64,000 nt of DNA, taken from NCBI RefSeq assembly GCF_009914755.1, contig NC_060941.1; one strand, given 5' to 3'. Under the pieces are notes generated by a model, which worked only from the letters and a program-made list of their open reading frames with translations, had not been told where the DNA came from and did no database searches. The DNA comes from the human T2T-CHM13v2.0 reference genome, Homo sapiens. The first letter of the stretch is position 1, and every line of letters begins with the position of its first letter. Both the position numbers and the translations under genes were made by a program. This document shows positions 50,940 to 64,000 of this stretch, in pieces.

Positions 50940-52275
50940 GTGGTGAGAAGCGCTGGCGGGGTGTTTTCCAACACCGCAACCCATTCTCGGATTCTCCAGA
51001 CACCCACCCAGTGCCCTGCAGTTCCGTTCGGTTCTGATGCTACCTGGAGTTCGCACAGACCCCACAGGTTAAGGGCTCTGTCCCACCAGACTGCCCCCAA
51101 CATCACACACCAGTTGGAAGTAGCGGGTCTCCCATACTACTGGACTGACCAGCTACAAATTGGGGGTCCCCATGACCCTCTCGTAAGGTTTGATAATTTC
51201 CTAGAATGGCTCACAAAACTCAGGGAAACACTTTATTTGTGTTTACTGGTTTATCAGAAAGGATATAACTCAGGGCCAACCAGATGGAAGAGACTCACGG
51301 GGGAGGGGTGTGAGTGTGGGGTGCAGAGCTGCCGTGCCCTCTCAGGGCCTGGCACCCTCCTGGTACCTCCCTGTGCTTGCGAACCTACAGGCTTCTCAAG
51401 CTCATGGAATTTTGTTGTTTTTGACACAGAGTCTCACTTTGTCACCCAGGCTGGAATGCAGTGGCACAATCTTAGCTCACCGTAACCTCTGCCTCCTGGG
51501 TTCAAGCGATTCTTGTGCCTCAGCCTCCCGAGTAGCTGGGATTACAGGCACCACCATGCCCAGCTGATTTTTGTATTTTTAGTGGAGATGGGGTTTTGCC
51601 ATGTTGGCGAGGCTGGTCTTGAACTCCTGACCTCAAGTGATCTGCCCGCCTCAGACTCGCAAAGTGCTGTGATTACAGGCATGAGCCACCACGCCCAGCC
51701 TCACATGGAGAGGTTTTTTGTGAGAGAGGGTCTCACTCTGTTGCTCAGGCTGGAGTGCAGTGGTATCATCGCAGCTCACTGCAGCCTTGAACTCCCAGGC
51801 TCAAGCCATCCCCCTACCTCAGTCTCCTGAGTAGCTGGAACTACAGGTGTGTGCCCCTATGCCCAGCTACTTTTTTAATGTTTTGTAGAAAAGGGGTCTC
51901 ACTATGTTGCCCAGGCTGGTCTTGAAATCCTGGGCTCAAGCAATCTGCCTACCTCGGCCTCCCAAAGTGCTGGGATTATAGGCACAAGCTACTGCACCCA
52001 CTGAAAGTTTTTATAGAGCACAGTCTCCAGGCCCCCCTCCTCTCAGCATCAGTTGGCGGGTGATGCTGAGAGTTCCCACCCTCTATAATCAGCTGGGTTT
52101 TCTGGGGAGCAGCCCCATCTGAGGCTGTCTAGGGGCCTTACCCTGAGTCACCTCATTAGCATAAACTCAGGCTCCTTGTGGATAACAAAGCCACTCCTGT
52201 CACTCAGGAAATTCCAAGGGTTTTAGGAGCTCCATGCCAGGAACAAAGACCAAATAAATTCCTTTTTATGCCATG
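50940..52275. mobile_element. MER21-like LTR interrupted by two antisense Alus (~51411-52000)
   Basis: CAGACCCCACAGGTTAAGGGCT, CTAGAATGGCTCACAAAACTCAGGGAAACACTT and CAGGAAATTCCAAGGGTTTTAGGAGCTC resemble MER21 as recalled. Confidence 0.7.
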
Positions 52276-52584
52276 GGGGTGGAGAAGGGTGGAGCAGGTG
52301 GGGGTGGCTCTGGGGACAGGTGAAAGGCCACTGTTGCAGATGTGGAGGCCTCTGCAAGGAGGGCCCCCTGCTGACCTGAGGGCAGGGTAGACCAGGGGGT
52401 GCAAGTGCAAAGGCCCTGAGGTGGGGCTGTGCCTGCTGTGTGCCTGGGTGGCCGGGTCAGAGGAGAGGGAGGGAGGGTTGGGAGCGAGGGAAGAGAAGTG
52501 TCTGGTGGGTAGAGAGTTGACGCAGGTGTTGTGGGTTTTACTGGTGTTGCTGCTACCATCGTTATCATCATCATGTGGTTATAA

Positions 52585-55227
<2,643 letters not shown>

Positions 55228-56526
55228 AATTTCTCTAAATTATAATAGACTCCTGTATGTATCCCTTCCAAAGACTCCATAACCATCTGCCACCATTCAG
55301 TCACCCTGTCTGCTGATGTGGGTTGTTTCCCTTGTTCCTGCTGTTTTCCTTCCATTTCAAATTCTCAGCCATCCTGGGGGAGCGACTGGTGAAACAGAGT
55401 CGGGAGAGTCCCCCTGGGTGGGGCTCTGGCCTCGGCCTCCCCCCATCCTGCAAGGGCCCCAGAGCTCTCTTGGCGTTGGCTTTTTCCCACTCACTGCACA
55501 AGCCTCAGGATGCCAGTGGGAATCACCCAGAACAGACAGGGGTCATGCCGGGGATGGCCCTTGGCCAGGAGCAAGTGCTGACTGGGTGCTGGCCTGTTAG
55601 TGTTGTCGCTGGGGAGTCACAGGGGTGCAACTACGGTCCTGGCTGGGTCTCCGCCCCCATGGTGGGGCCGGCCCCTGGCGCTGGACATTCAGGCTGTTTC
55701 TTAGTATTTCCTGGCAGAAAACACCATATGGCACATCTTCGTGTCTGGAGGCTATTTTTGTTGTTTTTCATTTTTTGAGCTCTTTAGAAAAAATAAAGGA
55801 GTACGAGGTTGAAGGTTTGGACACTTCTGCTTTTCTAATTATAACTCTCATGGCCGCTGATCCTTCTCCTGTAGCTCGTATGGGGTACTTGCTCTACATA
55901 TTGCAGTCAGTGAAAATTCTAAGAGAAAAGCCCCCCAAATCGGTACGGTTTTGTCCTGTGAACACGCATGCACACATGCACACACACGCAGTGGGCCCTG
56001 CCTGTGTGGGTGTGTTTGTCTGAGCTGGAAAGGGCCTCTAGCCTGATGGGAGGCACAGTCTCAGCACAGTCCTTAGGGTCTTGTCCGGGCTCCAGTTGCC
56101 AGTGCCAAGTGTTTGTGCTGAGGTCTCTTCCGTTCATCATGGTGATGACGGCCGGCAGTGAGGGCCCTTGTGCTGGAGCCTCGGAATTCTCTGTTCTTCC
56201 AGGCCGGGGCCAGGGCTGACATGACTTGTTTTTTCCATCCAGTCATCATGATTGGAGCCCAGAGTTGGTTGTAAGCTAGCTAGTCCGTCCCTTCCATGAT
56301 GACTTCCTGCCAACCACAGGGCTGGGAGCTTGGAGCGAGGACAGAGACCCACCGGCCCGATGTCACCCACAGGAAATCTGGATCCAGCAGGGCACATGTG
56401 GCCACACAGGCCACTTGTCTAGGAGGGAAACTGCTGGGGCCCTGCAGAAGATGAGGCTGCAGGCTCACGGGTGCAGAGGCGAAGCAGCCTCATGGTCTCA
56501 CACTCTGTCCGCAGCCTTGGAGACAG

Positions 56527-56530
<4 letters not shown>

Positions 56531-56570
<40 letters not shown>
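56531..56570 (+). repeat. (GT)20 microsatellite
   Basis: Direct count. Confidence 0.97.
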
Positions 56571-56572
<2 letters not shown>

Positions 56573-57058
56573 CATTTCCCATGTGCCTCCTCTGTGAAAA
56601 CAGCCCAAATTAATGACAGCAGATGCTGAAGTCTGAGATGGTCAGATGTTAGGAAGGGGATTGGCTGTGACCACCTGGGACCTGCCCACCTGGCTCATGA
56701 GGCTACGGCCCAAAGTTGCCAGCTCCTCAGATTTTTCCAGAGCAGCTGGAACCTGCATTGTTTTGTAAAATCTTCAGAATTCAGGTTTTCTGAAAACCCT
56801 ATGATGGTTCCACCAGTCCCGGTGTGGGCTGAATCTGCTTCCTGAGCTGGGTCCTGCTGGCTGGGTCGGAGGAGCTAAGAGCTGGCATCCCCGGCTTTCT
56901 CGCCTTTGTTCTGCTGGGATGTGGTAGGGAGATCAGCTGTGCAGCTTTGACGCCTGGCTCTGGTACCAGGATGGGTGGGAGCCCCCAACCCTCGCTCCTG
57001 GGTGCAGAGCGTGGTTGTATCTGGGGCCGGGGCCTCTGACCCCCTGTCCCCGCTGCAG

Positions 57059-57198
57059 ATTGAGATGGCCATCCTGCGGTTCCCTTACGAGTCCTGGGGG
57101 ACCCCGTTCCAGCAGCTGAAGCAGGTGGTGGAGGAGCCGTCCCCCCAGCTCCCAGCCGACCGTTTCTCCCCCGAGTTTGTGGACTTCACTGCTCAGTG
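57059..57198 (+). CDS. MAP2K3: Exon 10 (IEMAILRFPYESWGTPFQQLKQVVEE...FTAQ)
   Basis: CTGCAG| ... |GTGAGT. Confidence 0.98.
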
Positions 57199-57551
57199 GT
57201 GAGTCTTGGGTGCTGCTGAGCGCCTGCCACTGCCCCTCCCTGGCCAGATCCCTGCACCTTCCTGGGCCCTGTTCCTTTATTCCTTTGGCAAATAAACCCC
57301 CAGATGACTTGGCATCCAAATATGTAAGGCAGAAACAGCTGGAGCATGAGGAGCATTTGACAAAACGATGGTCTTGGTGGGAGATTTTAATACAGTTCTT
57401 CCAGAAGTGGACAAATCAGATAGACTGAAAAAGAGAACAAAGTATATGGAAAATTTGAACACAAAAAACAAGTTTGCTTTTATTGATATCTAGAACTTTG
57501 TACCAAATTAAAGAATGCCCCATAGGAGCCTTATAAAAATCATGTTTGAGA

Positions 57552-57903
<352 letters not shown>

Positions 57904-58411
57904 TTAATTAAATAGAGCAAGAATTGGGTAAGGAAGAAGCGGCCGGGTGCGGTGGCTCACACCCATGGTCCCCGCACTTTTATTGTTGACCATAATCAGC
58001 AACAGAGGAGCCCAGCAGAGTCCCTGGGCAGTCTGACCCCTTTAATTGTGGACTAACTTCTCCCAGAACCCATGATAAGGAGTTTCTCTCCTGATTGAGG
58101 ATACCAAGTGTGTGACTGTTAGGCAGAGCATTGCAGCCCCATTTTGGTGTTGATATGGAAATTCCTAGGTCACTATGCAGACAAGAAAACCAGGACCCCA
58201 GGAGCCAGAGAAACTTGCTGCAAGTCTCTAGTTTGCTCCTATGAATGCCCCTCCACCCTGGAAGAAGCCCTAGACAGTCCTGTCCCTTCTTCCCTGGGTG
58301 CACGTGTCCCCTGCTGCTAGGCCTGGGGCAATCCTGGGGTGGTTTGGCTGGCCCTTGGGGGCTGGGCTTCCTCCCTGCCAGCCTGGCCACAGCTGCACTA
58401 TTCTCTCCTAG

Positions 58412-58457
58412 CCTGAGGAAGAACCCCGCAGAGCGTATGAGCTACCTGGAGCTGATG
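58412..58457 (+). CDS. MAP2K3: Exon 11 (CLRKNPAERMSYLELM)
   Basis: TCCTAG| ... |GTGAGT. Confidence 0.98.
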
Positions 58458-59066
58458 GTGAGTATGGGCGGGAGGTGCCTGCCCTGCTCTTCAGGGCTGG
58501 CTGGGGCTGGGTGGGGCTCTGGGGAGAGGGCTGCATCCTGCACACAGATGGGTAGCTCCTCTGGCTGGCCCCGTGTTCTCTCCTTTAGGTGCTCGGTCAT
58601 TTGTTTGCTCCTGCATACCTGGCTCCCTCCTCCCTCCTTCCTGCATGCCAGGCCCTGGGAAGGGTACACAGGCAGTGTGTGACAGAATGGGGCAGAGGGG
58701 CCAAGGGTGGCATCAGGGAAGGCTTCATGGAGGAGGTACCATTTGAACTGAGCCTGGAAGGATGAATAAGGGTTATCTCCTGATGGAGAGGCTGTCCCAA
58801 GCAGAAGGTCCAGCATGGGCAGAGGCCTGACGTGTGGGGGGAAAGGGAGGTTAGTGTGGCTGGAGAGTGACCACAAGAGAGCTGAGGAGGAGCCACAGAT
58901 GCCATCTGTGACAGTCATGGAGGGCCTCCTGGGGGTGGAGGTCCTAGAAGGATGAGTAGGATTTTGCCAGTCAGGAGAACACTTGGGCTGGAGCTGGTTG
59001 GGGAAGAGTGGCCACCTCTCCCTCCCGCTACCCCTCCATGGTGACTGTGCCTTCTGTCACCCCCAG

Positions 59067-59150
59067 GAGCACCCCTTCTTCACCTTGCACAAAACCAAGA
59101 AGACGGACATTGCTGCCTTCGTGAAGGAGATCCTGGGAGAAGACTCATAG
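59067..59150 (+). CDS. MAP2K3: Exon 12 CDS (EHPFFTLHKTKKTDIAAFVKEILGEDS*)
   Basis: CCCCAG| acceptor. TAG at 59148-59150. Confidence 0.98.
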   Translation, partial: EHPFFTLHKTKKTDIAAFVKEILGEDS

Positions 59151-60130
59151 GGGCTGGGCCTCGGACCCCACTCCGGCCCTCCAGAGCCCCACAGCCCCAT
59201 CTGCGGGGGCAGTGCTCACCCACACCATAAGCTACTGCCATCCTGGCCCAGGGCATCTGGGAGGAACCGAGGGGGCTGCTCCCACCTGGCTCTGTGGCGA
59301 GCCATTTGTCCCAAGTGCCAAAGAAGCAGACCATTGGGGCTCCCAGCCAGGCCCTTGTCGGCCCCACCAGTGCCTCTCCCTGCTGCTCCTAGGACCCGTC
59401 TCCAGCTGCTGAGATCCTGGACTGAGGGGGCCTGGATGCCCCCTGTGGATGCTGCTGCCCCTGCACAGCAGGCTGCCAGTGCCTGGGTGGATGGGCCACC
59501 GCCTTGCCCAGCCTGGATGCCATCCAAGTTGTATATTTTTTTAATCTCTCGACTGAATGGACTTTGCACACTTTGGCCCAGGGTGGCCACACCTCTATCC
59601 CGGCTTTGGTGCGGGGTACACAAGAGGGGATGAGTTGTGTGAATACCCCAAGACTCCCATGAGGGAGATGCCATGAGCCGCCCAAGGCCTTCCCCTGGCA
59701 CTGGCAAACAGGGCCTCTGCGGAGCACACTGGCTCACCCAGTCCTGCCCGCCACCGTTATCGGTGTCATTCACCTTTCGTGTTTTTTTTAATTTATCCTC
59801 TGTTGATTTTTTCTTTTGCTTTATGGGTTTGGCTTGTTTTTCTTGCATGGTTTGGAGCTGATCGCTTCTCCCCCACCCCCTAGGGTACCAGCAGGCAGAG
59901 CCTTGCCCTCTGCTCAGGCTGGGGTCCAGTGGGAGGGGCCCAAGATCTCTGCTCAGAGAAGTGCAGGGGGAGCCTTCCAGCTCACTCTCCCTGAGGACTG
60001 GCTTGACAGGGGCTATGGGTTTGCTTTGGTGTTGTTTTTAAAAAAAGAAAATATATTTTTTTGAAAAAACGACTGCCCATCCCGGGTCCTTTCCCTGATG
60101 GGTTGGGGCAGTTACCTGGTTGCTGTTTTA

Positions 60131-60180
60131 ATTAAAAAAAAAAAAAAAAAAGGACTAAAGGTTGTGTGAGATTGTGTATG
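60131..60180 (+). terminator. MAP2K3: Polyadenylation region: ATTAAA, genomic A18, downstream GU-rich element
   Basis: ATTAAA at 60131-60136, then GTTGTGTGAGATTGTGT from 60161. Confidence 0.75.
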
Positions 60181-61479
60181 ACACCTGTGAGCCCCCCTCT
60201 TACTTGGGGAAGGTTGTGGCCCTTCAAGGGACCCTTGTCTCTGGGCCAGGGGCAGGGTGTCGTGCTCAGGGGAGGGAGGACTGCCAACCTACCAGGCCCT
60301 TCTACATCTGAGGACACAGAGGCCCCCAGAGGGCTGTGACGAGGTAACATCCTGTGATCATCCAGGCACCAGGCCCTGTACTGACACTGGACAGAGCAGC
60401 GAACACACAGGTCCAGTCTGCTGGTGGCGGCCACCCATCCCACTGTCCTGAAGTAGTGATGACAGCCAGGTCACAGAGCAGCGAGCACCCTGCACACTTT
60501 GCCTGGGCTGGACACGGTGACCTCATGGAGGTTACCTGACCTCCAGTTTACAGATGGGAACAACAGACCCAGAGAGCTGACATCACTTACCCAAAGCCAC
60601 ACAGCTTATAAGACAGAAAAACAGACTTGGGGACAGGTGGTGGGCTCCGGAGAAGGCTCCGAGGGGAGTAGGGGCAGCCTGATGAAGGCGCCCTGCAGTC
60701 TGGCCCTGTGACGCTGGCAGCATGGCTGGGGCAGCAGGGAATTTGCTCACGTAAGCCGGGTGTGCTCAGCTTCAGGTACCGTTAGGTTCGAAGTTCAGCT
60801 GATGGCCTGAAGGACTTGCATCCACCTTGGCTGTTCATCCGTCTCAGGTTCACCCCCTCATGGGGACCAGTCAGGACCCAGGGACTCCAAGAGCTCGGCA
60901 CACCGTGCCCAGGGTACTCCTGAAGTCCCAGGACTGGCTCTTACCAGCTGGGAAGGAGTCGAATTCATCCCCAGGCCAGGAGGGTGGGTGTGACAGCTCA
61001 GGTCAGGTCAGGCATGAGGGGACTCCGCCCACTACAGCTCAAGGTCTGAGAGCAGGGTCTCTGTGGTCCTCTGAGGAAGCTTAGGGTGTGTTCCCAGGAG
61101 GAGGGTCCCCATGGGGTCTGTCTCTGCACTCCTCCTGTCCTCCAGCCCCAGTCTGGGACAGGTCTCTGCCCACTAACCCTTCCCTGGCACAGGGGCGAAC
61201 AGTTCCTGGGAGCTGTTGTCTCCCTCTCTCCATCCTTCAATCATGAAGACTTGTTTTCACCCCAGGGCCTTTGCACTGGCTGTCCCCTCTGCGTAGAACA
61301 CCCCCTCCCCCGTCTTCCTGTGGCTGGCTCCCCCCAACCCCATCCCGGTCTCCCATGTCACCTCCTCAGCGAGGTCTTCCAGGACCACTCTGGCTCAAAC
61401 AGCCTCCGCCCACTAGGCCCAGCCAATCTAGCTTATTATCCTGGGTTATCCTGGCCGAGACCTGACTTGTCACTGTTGT

Positions 61480-62310
61480 GTCGTCAGCGCTGAGAATGCT
61501 GCCGACACCGAGGGAGCGCTCGGCTTCTGCTGAATGAACACATGAAAGAATGAATGAGGGAGGGAGGGAAGGGGGGAGGGAGGGAATGAATCCCTTGCCG
61601 GGGCGCGGCCCCAGGCTCTGTCTCCTGTAGCCGCCAGGGGGCGGTAGAGCTCGGCTTCAACCGCGTGTCCTGGAGCCCCGCCCGGCCCCGAGCGCCCGTC
61701 CGCGTCCTCGTGCGTCCTCGGCGCAGCTGGAGGCCGCGGGCTTGCCACGCGTCAGCCCAGTTCTCGGCCTCTGCGGCTGTCCTGCCCGTGTGCACCCCCT
61801 GGCCCGGCCCTCGGGGCTTCCGGGGACTCTGCAGCCTGCAGACAGCAGCAGACCCAACGCCTAGAGATTTACCGTGCGCGCCCCTGAAGTTACCCAGCGC
61901 CCCGCAGGCCACCGCGCCCCTCGCGGCTCGCAGGCCTGGCTGGACGCCGCAGGCCTGGCTGGATGCCGCAGCCCTTCACAGAGAGCAGGCTCCTCCGCGC
62001 ACGACTGCAGCCCTAGTCGTTTGCAGTTCCCTTGCCATTTATGGGACCCTTTGGCTTTTACAGAGCGTGTCCAGCCATCAGAGTGCGGAAGCCAGTGCGC
62101 AGGTCACTAACATTTACAAAGCACAGGCCCTTGACAGTTTATACTACCCGTGGAGGTCTCAAGCGGCAGGGCCCCTCTCCCCTGTTCCCTGTCCCTGAGG
62201 TGGGGGAATGGGGATGGGGAGCGGCCGCCCCCCCCTCCCCCGAGGCCGGACGCCCGCATTTCCTGTCAGGCAGCAGGGTCCGGGCAGGCGCCTCTTCCAG
62301 GCCCGGGATT
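61480..62310. promoter_or_regulatory. Downstream CpG island with strong CTCF motif (61628-61646)
   Basis: CpG-rich. TAGCCGCCAGGGGGCGGTA. 19-bp tandem repeat at 61929-61971. Confidence 0.7.
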
Positions 62311-62385
62311 AATGAGTCTCTGGACTGGGAGATGGCAGAGGCATGTAGACTTTGTTCAATTACAGCCGTGAGAGCCTCCTCATCA

Positions 62386-62931
<546 letters not shown>

Positions 62932-63559
62932 TCACCCCGAGCCTGGCGGTGCAGGGCCTCTGCAGGAGCTGTCTTGTTCTCCTCCCGGAACGCTCTTCCC
63001 CGGATGTGCTCCCGCTTTGGGGTCTGCTCAGATGCCTCCCTGACCACACTTGTCCTGCCGCACTTTCTTCACATTTATTCATTTTCATTCTTGCCCACTG
63101 GCCGCCTCCCCCGCAAGACCAGGAGGAGCCGGCCTTGCTCACAGGAGACAGGGCAGGTGCAGGAAGGCTGCCGCAAGGCCCAGCGCAGGCAGCAGGCAGC
63201 AGGGCTGTGCGGGAGGTGGTCTGGGGACAGTGCTGCCATTCCGTTTATTCCGGGGGTCTGCTCTGGGAAGGCTTTCCAGGAGCGAGCCGATACTGAGCCG
63301 ATAGGCGCGTTGTGCTGGCTGAGGACTCTGCACCTCAGAGAAGGGAAGCCAGGAGCTCCAAGTCAAACAGCAGGCAGCACCCGTGCCGGGGGTTAGCGTC
63401 CCGGCTGCGCTCCCGCTCCCATGCCCTCCCTCGGGGCCGAGCTCTGCTTCTGAGGGCGGAGCCCAAGGAGGCCCGTGCTGCCCACCTGGCGGCTCAGGCT
63501 CCAGCAGCCCCGAAACTGTGGTCAAGTCCCTCTTCCCCCAGGGAATCGGCAGGGGCCGG

Positions 63560-63998
63560 AAGGATTGAATATGTCCCCCAAGCTGCTGTGTTGGGAGGTG
63601 GGGCCTCACAGCAGGATTAGATCCTGGGGGCCTGCCCTCCTGAATGGATGAATGCTGCCAGCCATCTCCCAGTGGGTTAGTTACCGAGGGGGTTGGTTGT
63701 AATAAAAGGGCGTTTTGCCCTCCCCTGCTGCCTTCAGCACTCTCTTGCCTTTCGGCCTTCCTTCAGCCATGGGAGGACACAGCAGGGAGGCCTTGTCAGA
63801 TGCCGGCCTGGATCTTGATTTCCCAGCCTCCAGAACCCTGAGAAATTTCTGTTGTTTAGAAAGTACCCAGTCTGGGCTGGGCACATGGCTCACACTTGTA
63901 ATCCTAGCACTTTGGGAGGCCAAGGCGGGCGGATCGCTTGAGGCCAGGAGCTCACGACCAGCTGGGGCAACATAGCAACACCTCATCTGTACAAAAAA
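63560..63998 (+). mobile_element. MST/MLT1A-type MaLR LTR followed by an Alu left arm (~63875-63998)
   Basis: TTCCCAGCCTCCAGAACC.TGAGAAATTTCTGTTGTTTA MaLR 3' motif. Confidence 0.65.
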
Positions 63999-64000
63999 GC

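Overview
Primate, almost certainly human, genomic DNA containing the complete MAP2K3 (MKK3, p38 activator) gene on the + strand. From prior knowledge the locus is 17p11.2. Twelve coding exons (29821-59150) with GT-AG introns splice into an intact 1044-nt ORF encoding the 347-aa MKK3b. The gene has a CpG-island promoter, a 14-codon uORF, a probable intronic alternative promoter, optional 5'UTR/poison exons, and a 3'UTR ending near 60155. The upstream 29 kb is intergenic and Alu-dense. It holds MER4, MER41 and MLT1 LTRs, L1 remnants, an orphan CpG island, an EIF1 retro-pseudogene nested in an Alu inside a MER41 LTR, and a 3'UTR-only retrocopy (probably TPM3). Nearly all ORFs in the supplied track are repeat-derived or chance ORFs. 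I see no new protein-coding system. Best unexplained structures: (1) a 94-bp, 90/94-identical inverted repeat of MIR-derived sequence bracketing the core promoter plus exon 1; (2) an 11-bp inverted repeat made of two ARE/AP-1 sites that overlaps the alternative exon-1 splice donor; (3) exons 4-9 (609 nt, phase 0 at both ends) flanked by inverted Alu clusters, which would form a stop-free circular ORF; (4) several short templated-insertion scars. Repeat subfamily names and parent-gene identities come from recall, not from a database search.
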